Assembly (NCBI GenBank): GCA_963782915.1
Contig: CAWALK010000011.1
Location: 32,001-96,000 of the forward strand
DNA length: 64,000 nucleotides
Origin: an uncultured archaeon
GTDB lineage: Archaea; Thermoproteota; Bathyarchaeia; Bathyarchaeales; Bathycorpusculaceae
Direction of reading: 5' to 3'
Shown here: positions 32,064 to 43,058 of the stretch, piece after piece
How the letters are laid out: every line of letters starts with the position of its first letter
Position numbering within the stretch: position 1 is the stretch's first letter
Notes under the pieces: model-generated
Told to the model about the DNA's origin: nothing
The model's input: the letters and a program-made list of their open reading frames with translations, nothing else
Databases searched by the model: none
Position numbers and translations under genes: made by a program

Positions 32064-32426
32064 ATGAAAGGCACCGATCACTACGCAGAATTCTTAGGCA
32101 TCAAAGTCTTCGAAGCTAAAGATGGCTACTGCAAAGTAACCATGAAAGTGGAGAAGAACCATACGAACGCTTACGGTTTTACGCATGGCGGCGTCGTGTT
32201 CTCTGTTGCGGATTACGCGTTTGCGCAGGCATGTAATTTCGGCGATAATGTGGCGGTTGCGTTGCAGGTCAGTATAAACTTTTTCAAGCCGACTGTGGAA
32301 GGCGATGTTTTGACGGCTGAAGCGGTTCGGATGTCTGATGGCAAAACCACTGGGCTATACCAAGTTACGGTGCGCAAAGAGGAGAAGACGGTGGCGTTTT
32401 TCTCTGGTGTGGCTTACAAAAAATAA
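32064..32426 (+). CDS. paaI: Hotdog-fold acyl-CoA thioesterase
   Basis: HTNAYGFTHGGVVFSVADYAFA. Confidence 0.9.
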   Translation: MKGTDHYAEFLGIKVFEAKDGYCKVTMKVEKNHTNAYGFTHGGVVFSVADYAFAQACNFGDNVAVALQVSINFFKPTVEGDVLTAEAVRMSDGKTTGLYQVTVRKEEKTVAFFSGVAYKK

Positions 32427-32468
32427 TAATTCGGCACCAAGCGGAAGACTACGGATTTATTCATATTC

Positions 32469-35074
32469 TCATTTAGCTGGTAGTTCAACAGTGAATTTTG
32501 TTCCTTTACCCACTTTGCTTTCAAAAGAGATTGTTCCACCTTGAGCTTCTATGACTCTTTTGCAGACAGCTAAACCAAAACCTTGACCTTTAGATTTAGT
32601 GGTGAATAGAGGCGTAAAGATTTTATCCTTAATCTCCTCAGGTATGCCTGTGCCGGTGTCTTCTACGATAATTTGGACCTTACCTTGATTGCTACTCTGG
32701 CTTTTACTGTTAGTTCTCCGCCATCGGGCATGGCTTGCACTGCATTGGTTACTAAGTTGATTAGAACTCTTTTCAGCAGTTGTGGGTCGGCTTTTGCTAA
32801 CAATTTTTCTTCAACTTTGACATGTTGACTTGGATATTATTTGGGATATCCGTCTGTGCAAAGAGCGCAGTAATTAGCGGTTTTAGGCTAAAAATCTGCA
32901 TTTGGGCTTCAACTGGCTTTACAAAAGTCTGTAAATCAGAAACAATTTTGTCCATATAGCCAACTTGCTCTTCTATGACTTGAATGCTTTCTTGCAGACA
33001 ACTCTTATTTTCACCATCTGGTAATAAACTCCAATTCGTTTTTCGCCAAATACACTTCGCCAGTGATTGATTGCAAGGGGTTACGCAAATCATGCCCAAC
33101 CATCCCCGCGGTCTGACCAATAGTAGCCATACGCTCTTTATCTTGAAGCTGTTCTTCCAACGTCTTTTTCTCAGTAATGTCCTCATGCATCATAACTATG
33201 TGGTTGACTTCACCGCGCCCATTTTTAATAGGATAAATAACACTACTTAGCCACCTTTTTCTACCCTTACCAAAAGCATCAGGTTCCAAAGAAGCATCAA
33301 ACTCTTTTTCTCCAACAAGAACTGTTTCTCCAGCATAGGCTCGTTTAATCAACTCAGCCCACCCAGTTTCAATAATTTGTTTACTCTGCAAGATATTATA
33401 TTTTCCAACAACATACTCCCGTGGAATTTGCCATAATTTATCCCAAGCAGGACTAACTTGAACCATCAAACCATTTTTGTCATAGAGCTCAAAAACAACT
33501 GGCGACTGCTCAATCATATTTTGGAATTTCTCTTCGCTTTCCCTCAATGCCTCTTCAGCTTTTTTGCGCTCAGTAATATCTCTAAAAAGAATCCAACTTG
33601 ACCTTTAGCGTATGAAAAGAAGTAAGAGTCATACCATTTATCGGAATATTTGTTGTAAGCTTCACGATGGGTTGATTTTCCGGTTTTAATCACCTTGCCG
33701 CTTAAAAGAGCAATTTCTGGTTCAAGTTCAGGCGCAACTTCGCTTGCTATTTTACCCAAAACATCCTTTGCTTTAGCACCCGTTTGACGCTCATAAGCAG
33801 AGTTTAGTTTCAGAAAAACGAAAATCACACGCTTTACCTTTTACGTCTAATATTGGCTCAAGAAGCATGAAACCATCTTCACTATTATCAAACAATATAC
33901 GATACAATTGCTCGCTTTCCCTAAGAGCTTGCTCTACTTTTTTGCGTTCAGTTATGTCACGGTCAATACCTCTATAACCGATCAAGTTGCCTTTTTCGTC
34001 TTCAATTGGGACTCCGCTTGTTTCAAGCACGACCTTATTTCCCATTTTTATGAACAGCCAAATTCTCTAGATTATGAAGGGGCGTTTTGTTTTTTGCAGT
34101 TTCAACAAAAACACGTGTCATTTTGGCTATTTCATCTTTGGGCATTAAGTCAAAGGGTGTTTTGCCAAGCACTTCTTCAGGTTCATACCCCAGAATCTCT
34201 TTCACTTTTGGGCTAACATAAGTGTATACTGCATTTTCGTTTATTTGCCAAATCCAATCGCTTGTGCTTTCAACTAATCCTCTGAATCTTTCTTCGGAGT
34301 CTTTGCAATCTAATTCTATTTTTTTCCGTTCGGTTATATCGATAAATGAGGCTATCCAATATTTTTCATTCGTTGATGGAAACAATTGTAGCTGACATAT
34401 TAGCATAAAATTTGGTTCCGTCTTTTTTGAGTAAAATAACTTCTTGGTCATGAAATGAGCCTTTTGAGGAGAGTTCGCATTCGATCATTGGTATTTGCCC
34501 ATATTCTCAATCCTATCGTTGTTTTGTTAAGAACCTCATTTCTGGAGTACCCAAATAATTTTAGAGCGGCATTATTAACGTCAACAATAGCGCCATCCTT
34601 TAGGCGTGTTAATGTTACTGCAAAGGGACTTCCTTCAAAAACCTTTGAAAACTTGTCTTCCGATAAACGTAAAGCTTCTTCGGCTTGCTTACGGTCGGTT
34701 ATATCTTCGAAAATGGCAACTGCCGCCGTAACTTCCCCTTTTCCATTTCTAATAGGCTTGGCAGAGCCAGCTGTAATTACTAGTGAACCATCCTGACGCT
34801 CTATTATTATTTCAGCTTGAGCCTCTTTTCCAGTTAGCAAAGCTATGCTTGCTGGAAGCTGCTGGGGCGGATAAACGTCGCCGTTTAGGGTTAGAAGCTT
34901 CATTAGTTTAGTTGAGTGGTCGGGCATTTCGAGTCCGCATGGATCGGCTCCGAAAAGTTGTATAGCGTGGTCATTAGCGTAGATTGTTCTGCCATTCTCT
35001 TTTTCGATTACAATGACGCCTGCGGGGATTGATCCCACTATGGCTTCTAAGGCTTCTCTACTTAATTCATCCAT
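32469..35074 (-). CDS. Multi-PAS sensor histidine kinase (many frameshifts; could be a pseudogene)
   Basis: Successive PAS fragments, H-box GHDLRNPL, C-terminal NAVQAM..DTGTG..FTTK..GQGFGL. Confidence 0.8.
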
Positions 35075-35460
35075 AAGCTTTCGCTTGCCCGTTGGAGCAA
35101 CTTTTTAGCCCAAAATTCAATATTGCGTAGCACTTTTGTGCTTGATTACTGGATATATGTTTGGAGTTGTTTTAGATTTATATTTAATTGCTTTTATACT
35201 TTTCAATGCAGTGGATAACATGCTCGGTTAAGTTTGTGATGGGCAGAACAAAGTTAGGTAGGTGTATGAGGGCATCTTTGTGTTTACCGTAGATTAGGAT
35301 TTGGGGCGGTTTGTTTTTTTAGTAGTCGATAATGGCAGGATCCCTTTACTCATCAGCTACGTGTGGGCTTGGTATGACAGTTTAGGGAGGGTTAGCTGCG
35401 ATTTTTTACTATAGGCCCTTATTTAAAGCAGTATATGGAAAAGTATGCGCACACTGCCCG

Positions 35461-35504
35461 GGGGTTTGTTGCTTTGCCAGCTACCCCCCTCCCCCTATAA
35501 ATAG
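35461..35504 (+). repeat. Dispersed intergenic repeat, copy C
   Basis: GGGGTTTGTTGCTTTGCCAGCTACCCCCCTCCCCCTATAAATAG. Confidence 0.85.
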
Positions 35505-35616
35505 GAAAAACCGACCGAATAGCCCCCATACAAGGCAACGCTAACAAACCAGAACAAAAAAAGCAAAGATAGAACCAACAAGATTTTTATTCAAGACTCC
35601 ACCTAGAAGTCACGAT

Positions 35617-35692
35617 GCTGGGGTGGCCGAATCGCTGAGGCGGTAGCCTGCAGAGCTGCTCTATATGGGTTCAATTCCCATCCCCAGCTCCA
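35617..35692 (+). tRNA. tRNA-Cys (GCA) with encoded CCA
   Basis: Acceptor GCTGGGG/CCCCAGC, discriminator T then CCA; anticodon arm GTAGC-CTGCAGA-GCTGC; T-arm ATGGG-TTCAATT-CCCAT. Confidence 0.95.
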
Positions 35693-36167
35693 ACGTACAC
35701 ATTGAGTTTCTCAAGAACTTCTGGCGAGTATTCTTTAGGTTGAGTCTGTATCTGCTCCTGTTTCTGGCGCATTTTCTCTTTGAAGTCCTCAAACATTGCT
35801 TATTTCCCGTCTGCATACTTTCGACACCCAGAAGAAAAGACAACTAAGCGAGTTAACTCTCAAGACAACACAAAACAAGACAACAAGTAACTTGCATTAC
35901 CGGCAAGCAGACAAAAAATTAATGGAAGATTAAGTTAAAAAAGTAAAAAGGGTAATGAGTTATGCTCTTTTCTTGCGCGGTATAGCATCAGCATTTTGTG
36001 TGCTTAGCACAGAATCCACTATAAATGACAGATTCACCTATAACAATCGGTTTTCCGCACTTACCACAAAAAATCACACCGTCTCTATGCAAACAGATGA
36101 GATCATGCTTTTGAACCAAAAAAGAGGTAGCCATCAGAGTCCTCCAAAAAAAAGAAAAGGGGTAGTT

Positions 36168-38724
36168 TTATGGTCGTTTTCTCTGCATGAGTATAATCAG
36201 TGCGCCTACGAGGAGGATAACAACAATGATGGCTATGACTGCTGGTAAGAAGTATTGATCCGCAATGCTGACTGGCTGGCTTGCCTGAGTTGGAGCTACG
36301 GTTGCTGCTGGTTCATCAACTGCGAAGGTTGTAGTTGCCTGTGATGGGTAATATGATTCACTGCCGTCGAAGGTTACGTAGACTGTGTATTTGCCTGCGA
36401 TGTCTGGTGTCCACTGAAGGCTGTAGGAGCCTGTGGCGTCTGAAGTTGTGGTTCCGATTGTGCGGTAGTTACCGTTAGCGTCCAGGACGTTTATGGTCAC
36501 TGAGACACCTGTTGCGTTTGTTGGCTTAACCTGCTGCATGTATGCGTATTCCATCCACGCTTCCATGCTATCCTCAGATACAGCTGGAAGTCCGTCTGAA
36601 AAGCGTGTTGTGATTATGTCCTGTGTTGTGCCGCCAGATTTGTCCATTACTGTACCCTCTAGTAGTACGCTGCTGCCCTGTACCGAAACCTTCGGAGATG
36701 CTGAAACTGTGGTGACAGTTGGTCCCTTGCCGAAGCTGTATATCTGGTTGTCAAAACTGTTCCATGAAATCAAGTAGCCGTCGCCTATAGGACCACCAGC
36801 TGTAGAGCTGTACTGTAATACTTTCCATACTAGAGTTCCGTCAGTGGTGTTTATGGCAATTCGGTAGGCTGGATGTAATGGCACGGTGTACATAACTCCT
36901 TGTGAGAGGAATAGTTTTCCATCTGATATACTATGTCGATTGTAGCCGAAAATTGGATAGCTTTCGAAGGGAGTGTCGTAGCCAGCGTTTCCAGCAAAGA
37001 ATGTCCACGCGATATTTCCTGTTTTAAGGTCGATGGCAGTTACGTAGCCGCCGAGGTCAAAGATGTAGACTTTGCCGTAAGCAATTTCACCATCACGCCA
37101 AACGGCACTGTCGCCGCCTCCTTTCAGTTGAGTTGGACCCCATACCATTTGACCGGTTGTTAGACTGTAGCCCCACGCTTTATTCTCATCCTTGTTATGC
37201 ATTACGTAGTAGCCTTCGCGCGCGCATAATACACTTGTGTCTTCATATGCGGGTAGTGTTTGGTTTATTGGTCCCCACAGTTTAGCGCCTGTCTTTGCAT
37301 CGTAGCCTGCGACGTATTGATAGCCCAAAGTGACTCCTTGATACATAACCGATCCGGGCACTTGACGCATAAGTATTACTTCAGGGGTTACTGCAGATAT
37401 GCTGAGAGTGATGTTGTCACCGTTGAATGTAGTTGGAAGCCGCGTGCTCCACTCAGTCATGCGGGGATCAGAGCCGTTAACGGTACCGGTTGCGCGAATG
37501 AATGCGCTGCCTGAGGTATTTATCAATTTGGTGTAGTTGTACATGCTTAGATTGCCACCTGAAACGTAGTAGCCGACTATTCCTCCTTCAGTGTCTGTCG
37601 ATGATTCAGCGCTCTGAATTAGCTTGCTTGTACTGATAGCATTAGTAACGTTTTCCAAAAAGTTTCCAGTATATGCATCGTATATTCCGAACCAGTTCGC
37701 TCCAGTGGAGAAGGCCCCGCCGGCTGACGGCGAACTATATAGGAATGCATTTGATCCGTACTCCTGATAGTTATCGTAGTTGATTATTTGACCCCATGCA
37801 ATTGTCTCGGCGCCTGATTTACCCGCAGGTTTGTCCCACAGTACGTTCTCCTGTGCGAACGTCTACAGCTCTCCAGCCTAACAAGTTTGAATTTGGACTA
37901 CCGTCATATACATTGTAATAGAGTATTCCGTTGAGGATACATATTGGGTGAAAGTACGTTTGAATCAGTGAGATCGAACTGTAAGTGGCGGATGTATCGC
38001 TGGTGATTGGGAATCCTGGTTGGCCTCCGAATTGGGTTGCTTTCGTCCACATGATATGTGCAGAGTTTGGTGCTGTACCATTCGCCTGGACACTTCCGCT
38101 AGCATCGTATCCGCCAGAACCACCTAATCCAAACCAGTTAGCCCCTACTGTTCCCCAATTCCAGTTAGTCCCATATATTGGGCGCATCCAGTATTCAGTT
38201 GGAAGAGCAGGAGTCACATATTTTGGTGTTACTGGGTCTTGCTGTACTGTCAAAGTCTTTATATTGCTTTCAGATGGCAACATTTTGCTTCCAAGCAGAT
38301 TTCGATTACTGGTGCTGATGGTAGGATTACCTGGATTGTAGCCTTTTAATACTTGTCCAGGATAAAAGGCTTGCAAAGTGTAATTGCCAAGTTTATCGGG
38401 TGTAAAGCTATAAACTACGCCTGCGACTGGGCTTGCCACGTATGGTCCAGAAGTGGTTGTAACTCCGGTAGGGTCTGTAATTTCGAGGGTTATGCCTTCA
38501 TAGAGATCGCCTGTGTAACCCGCACCTGTGGGTGTAGGTCTGCTGAAAGTGATGCCGACATAAACGATTTGGCCAACGCCAACAGGGTCAGGTGAAGCGG
38601 TTACAAATAAGAAGGTTGGAGTGTCGTATGCTTGTGAAGGGGCAAGAGTAATCATAGCAGATAATGTCAATAGCAGAATTAAAGCAATAGTAAAAAATTT
38701 CGTTTTTTCATGCAAAATTTTCAT
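36168..38724 (-). CDS. PQQ-like beta-propeller surface protein (frameshift near 37840)
   Basis: ORFs 37819..38724 and 36168..37658 are the N- and C-terminal halves of a paralog of 57991..60552. Confidence 0.88.
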
Positions 38725-38745
38725 TTCTCCATAATTTTATTTTAG

Positions 38746-38821
38746 TCTATAATAATACAGACATCTTTTGTATCCAATTTAGCGCTAATATAATTTTGTC
38801 TTAATACTGTAATAATACAGA
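38746..38821. promoter_or_regulatory. Two imperfect palindromes CT(A/G)TA-ATAA-TACAG spaced 60 bp apart, putative TrmB-family operators
   Basis: TAATAATACAGA at 38750-38761 and 38810-38821, between divergent genes. Confidence 0.55.
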
Positions 38822-38978
38822 AAACCGTAAACTTGAAAGTCTTACCGAATGGTGACATTCTTGCTTAAAGATACGGATGTTAAGTTTCTAGATAAGATTG
38901 GACCAATAGATATCATAGCAAGCTATCGTTAGTTAATTTAATATACCAAATCTAACGATAAGAGAATAGGAGATTTTT

Positions 38979-39797
38979 TTGCAAAATTTTGAAAATGTGA
39001 TGGATGCAAAAAAACTGCGCTCTACAAAGAACGAAGGTTTACAATATTTAATGCAGCTTGGCCTAACACGGATGCAGGCCAACATATACCTTAATCTTTT
39101 GCTTTATGGCAAAGCTGAAGCTCGCATTATCGCACACTGGACAGGCTCCCCAAGAACAGAAGTCTACAGAGCATTAAATGAACTTCAGGAAAACGGTTTA
39201 GTTGATAGAGAATTAGGTTGCCCGTTAAAATTCACGGCGGTGCCGCCCACCCTGGGGTTACAAGCCTTTATCGACACCAAAATCCATGATATCGACCAAA
39301 TGCAAACAATTTTGAAAAAATTTTCACTCGAGTTCGAAAGCAACCAAGAGCTGAACTCAGAAAGAGAATATAAGATAATTTCAATCGAAGGGAGGAGAAG
39401 AATTATAGCGAAAATCAAGCAGCAGCATGACGCTGCTAAATTATCCGTAGATGTTATATCATTTTTACCAAGATTTCTCTACATTGCTAATCAATGCATG
39501 GAAAATTATAGCAACGCCGTAGAAAGAGGTGTAAAATACAGAATAATCCTCGGAGTGCCTAACGACTCGCAAGACCTGCCCCTTGAAATAAAAGAAGCGC
39601 ATAACAACGAAAACACTAAAGTAAAAAAAGTTGTTGGATGTCCCCGACTGAACTCAGTGATTTTTGACCAAGAACAAATGAACTTCAGCTACTACCCCGA
39701 TAGAGGTATTGCAGAATCACCATTAATACTAACAAATCATCCATGTCTGGTTGGTTTTGCAGTAAACTCATTTCAAAGAACTTGGGATTCACTTTAA
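38979..39797 (+). CDS. TrmB-family transcriptional regulator
   Basis: LGLTRMQANIYLNLL..R.EVYRALNELQENGLV...PLKF.AV wHTH; C-terminal effector domain (RGVKYRII). Confidence 0.88.
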   Translation: MQNFENVMDAKKLRSTKNEGLQYLMQLGLTRMQANIYLNLLLYGKAEARIIAHWTGSPRTEVYRALNELQENGLVDRELGCPLKFTAVPPTLGLQAFIDTKIHDIDQMQTILKKFSLEFESNQELNSEREYKIISIEGRRRIIAKIKQQHDAAKLSVDVISFLPRFLYIANQCMENYSNAVERGVKYRIILGVPNDSQDLPLEIKEAHNNENTKVKKVVGCPRLNSVIFDQEQMNFSYYPDRGIAESPLILTNHPCLVGFAVNSFQRTWDSL

Positions 39798-40036
39798 GCG
39801 CATTAATGTAGCGCACACTTGTTTATTGCGCACGGCCTAAACTCGTATGTTCTTCAAAGCAGCACTTAGCAGAAATTTACTGCGCTATGCTACAAATTGA
39901 CCTTCATTCACTTTCACCAAACCCTCTACTTCCATAGAATGTCGGTTCTGCATTTGTTTTAAATGCAAATTAGCCGATGCTTGTGCCTGACGGATGTTCA
40001 ATGAGAAAGCTCAGACTGTTTGGAGGCTTAGGATGC

Positions 40037-40219
40037 ATGGGCAAGACTGTTGCTTCTTACCGTATAGCAATAGAATGGGAAATTGCCCATTGGAAACGAT
40101 TCAGAAATACACTGCCAAGCGAGGAGCAGAAGCAGGCTTTTGATGGAGTCGGAAAAACAGATAGCCGCTCTATTCGATGCGGGAATAGTCAGGTTATAAC
40201 TTGGAGACAAATTAAATGA
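40037..40219 (+). pseudogene. Truncated homolog of the small archaeal protein often found beside PolB2 genes
   Basis: MGKTVASYRIAIEWEIAHWKRFR..L..E...AFD matches the recalled family N-terminus, then diverges. Confidence 0.5.
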
Positions 40220-40827
40220 GTGAGAATTATAGTCGAGCAGACCGCCTTTTCATTTTGGCGAATGTCTGCAAACAAAACAACATTAACCCAGATAGCCCAA
40301 CGTACATGGGGCTTATTATTCGAGTGGCTACAAGTAAACTGAAAATCTCAATCGATACGGCAAAAGAGTACGCTGAAGCCCTGAGCTCTGCCTATAGAGC
40401 CGACAAATGGGAAACTATTGCTCGAAAGCAGGAAACTGCACCCGAAACAGAGGAAGACACTGAACCCGAAGAAGAGGTTAAAGCCGCTACATTAAACGCT
40501 CTCAAAAACCTCTCCAGTCAACCATCCGAACCAGTAAAACGGATAGGACCAAAACCGACTATTGATGCAGAGTACACACCTAAAACCCTTACACAGCGTC
40601 TTATTGACTTAGCCAAAGCCAATGACTTCAATGGAGTGGGCAAATTAACTTTGGCTCAAGCAAGGCATGAACTGAGCGATAACAGTTTGCAACTTAACGA
40701 CTTAATCGACCTGTTGGAGCAGTATGCCCCCGCTGTCATTGTGGAGTCTAGACCAGGCAATCTGCTACTATTGCACTTCCCAAAGAAGAAGATTAAAGTG
40801 GTTCCAGCGACTCCACGTATGGAATAA
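40216..40827 (+). CDS. Hypothetical protein ending just before attR
   Basis: 203-aa ORF, helical with an acidic linker. Confidence 0.7.
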   Translation: MSENYSRADRLFILANVCKQNNINPDSPTYMGLIIRVATSKLKISIDTAKEYAEALSSAYRADKWETIARKQETAPETEEDTEPEEEVKAATLNALKNLSSQPSEPVKRIGPKPTIDAEYTPKTLTQRLIDLAKANDFNGVGKLTLAQARHELSDNSLQLNDLIDLLEQYAPAVIVESRPGNLLLLHFPKKKIKVVPATPRME

Positions 40828-40981
40828 CGCTTGCGCCCATCCCCAGCTCCATCTTTAAATTATGCGCTTTTTGCCGATGATTCGGATTAACGACTTTTCA
40901 ATCGATGAGTTTTAGTTAAGAACCTGTTTATCTCATAACGCTTAATTCGCAGAAACCGCCTTATAATATCCCGTTCAAGAT

Positions 40982-42022
40982 TTGAATAAGATTTTTGAGG
41001 AGCAACAATTGGCTCTAAAACAATTAATCATAACATCAATTGTAATAGTCGTCATAATCACGATAGTAACTGCCTTGATAATCTATATCAATCCTCAAAC
41101 TCCAGCCCACCAAGAACAACCTGAATCGGTAACAGTTGGGGCAGAACCAAGTCAAGTAAACACGTTGCTCTTCATTGCTCAAAGCATAAACTTTTTCCCT
41201 GAAAGCGGCCTCAACGTAACCGTAAAACAGTATGATTCAGGCTCATCAGCCCTCAACGGCATGGTAAACGGCGAAGTAAACATAGCCATGTCAAGCGAAT
41301 TTGCGGTTGTAAGCAAAACATTAGCTGGCTCAAACATAAGCATCTTTGGCACCGTTGACAGGTTCCAGCAAATCTACGTAGTCGCCCGCAGAGATAGGGG
41401 TATCCAAAATATAACGGATTTAGCCAACAAAACTGTGGGGTTAACGATTGGTACTTCAGCGGAGTTCTTTTTGGGCAGGTTCTTGGAACTAAACAACATG
41501 AACCTATCACACGTAAAAAGAGTCAATACGCAACCCAGCAGCATCGTTGATGCCTTAACAAACGGAACGGTGGATGCAGTCGTTACGTGGCAACCATACA
41601 TTAGCCAAATAGAAAACCGTATGGGCGATGAAATTGTGAAATGGCAAGCGCAAGGCGGGCAGCAAATATACAGTGCTGCAACCGCTACAACCAATTGGAT
41701 AAATAGCCATAACGGTACAGTTGTCAAATTCTTAGATGCTATAGCGCAAGCTGAAGATTACTTATACAGCAACCTCATAAGTGCAAAACAAATAATAGAA
41801 AACAGATTCAACTATTCATCAGGATACATTGATTCTACGTGGTCAGATCATCAATTTACACTTTCACTTGACCAGTCACTTATTCTTATAATGGAAGACG
41901 AAGCAAGATGGCTAATAGCCAACAACTTGACAAATGCCACCATTATTCCTAGCTTTCAAAATTACATCTATGTTGGAGGCTTAACGCAAGTTAAACCCAA
42001 CTCAGTAACCATCGTGGGGTGA
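40982..42022 (+). CDS. SsuA/NMT1-type substrate-binding protein
   Basis: N-terminal TM, GLNVT, GIQNITDL..KTVG, GTVDAVVTWQP. Confidence 0.88.
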   Translation: MNKIFEEQQLALKQLIITSIVIVVIITIVTALIIYINPQTPAHQEQPESVTVGAEPSQVNTLLFIAQSINFFPESGLNVTVKQYDSGSSALNGMVNGEVNIAMSSEFAVVSKTLAGSNISIFGTVDRFQQIYVVARRDRGIQNITDLANKTVGLTIGTSAEFFLGRFLELNNMNLSHVKRVNTQPSSIVDALTNGTVDAVVTWQPYISQIENRMGDEIVKWQAQGGQQIYSAATATTNWINSHNGTVVKFLDAIAQAEDYLYSNLISAKQIIENRFNYSSGYIDSTWSDHQFTLSLDQSLILIMEDEARWLIANNLTNATIIPSFQNYIYVGGLTQVKPNSVTIVG

Positions 42023-42029
42023 GCTAAAA

Positions 42030-43049
42030 ATGAAGCTGAGAAAGAGCAAGAGAATCTTGACAACGAGTTTAGTAGCAGTGATCATTGTAGTTTTAATTGT
42101 TGCAGGAACCCTCATTTACCTAAACATCAATAATCCAGCCACTTCAAACCTTGAACAGGTATCTGTAACCGATGTCCAAGTTGTATTTTCTTCAATACTC
42201 TACGTCGCTGAAGAACAAGGATACTTCACTCAAAATGGTCTTAACGTGACTTTCCCCAAGTACCCCACTTCAGAGGCTGGATTTATTGACCTATCCAACG
42301 GCAAAGTTGATTTTGTCCAATCCTCGGAGTACCCAATCGTTAGAGCAGTATTTGACAACAGAGATATAGCGGTAGTCGCAACCATCGATAAAGCTGATTT
42401 AGTAAACCTCATCGGCCGCAAGGACCACGGTATAGAGGACATTTCGGATATTGTAGGAAAAAGAATAGGTGTCGGAAAAGGAACAATCAGAGAATTCTAC
42501 CTTGGCAGGTATCTTGACCTAAATGGGATGAGCATCCAGGATGTAACTATAGTTAATCTTTCACTGCAAGAATCCGTAAATGCAGTAGCAAACGGCACCA
42601 TTGATGCAGTAGTAACACCTGACACCGTATGGTATAACCGAGTTATGGCAGAGTTGGGCAGCAACGGCGTGGCCTTTCCGATTCAGGCTGGGCAACCTGT
42701 CTTTACTGAGCTTGTATGCAGAAGCGATTATATAGCAAACCATTCAGAAACGATAACTAAACTTTTAAGAGCACTTAACATGGCTGAAGAGTTTATTATT
42801 AATCACCCTGCAGAGTCGCAGGTTATAGTGGAAAAACGATTAAATTTTACAAACGCTGATTTAGGTTGGGAGCATTACCGCTTTTCGCTTTCGCTTGACC
42901 TGCCTCTTCTTACGGCTATGCGTGATGAAGCTCAATGGATGGTTAACAACAAACTGACCAACCAAACGCAGATCCCTGACTTTACTAATTACATATACAC
43001 AGATGCTCTCAAGTTAGTAAAGCCCGATTCAGTAACTATTAATGGGTAG
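42030..43049 (+). CDS. SsuA/NMT1-type substrate-binding protein (paralog)
   Basis: YVAEEQGYF..NGL, GIEDISDIVGKRIG; LSLD...M.DEA.W shared with the upstream gene. Confidence 0.88.
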   Translation: MKLRKSKRILTTSLVAVIIVVLIVAGTLIYLNINNPATSNLEQVSVTDVQVVFSSILYVAEEQGYFTQNGLNVTFPKYPTSEAGFIDLSNGKVDFVQSSEYPIVRAVFDNRDIAVVATIDKADLVNLIGRKDHGIEDISDIVGKRIGVGKGTIREFYLGRYLDLNGMSIQDVTIVNLSLQESVNAVANGTIDAVVTPDTVWYNRVMAELGSNGVAFPIQAGQPVFTELVCRSDYIANHSETITKLLRALNMAEEFIINHPAESQVIVEKRLNFTNADLGWEHYRFSLSLDLPLLTAMRDEAQWMVNNKLTNQTQIPDFTNYIYTDALKLVKPDSVTING

Positions 43050-43058
43050 GAAGTTAAT

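Larger units (their letters stand above)
35677..40851. mobile_element. Integrated islet at the tRNA-Cys 3' end (attL/attR-like); no integrase visible
   Basis: Exact 16-bp direct repeat CCCATCCCCAGCTCCA at 35677-35692 and 40836-40851. Confidence 0.8.

Noticed and set aside
35671-35796. Small ORF reading into attL as the N-terminal fragment of an SSV-type split integrase
   Set aside because: Joining across the reconstructed attP continues antisense to the 203-aa gene with no tyrosine recombinase motifs, and no int(C) fragment is visible
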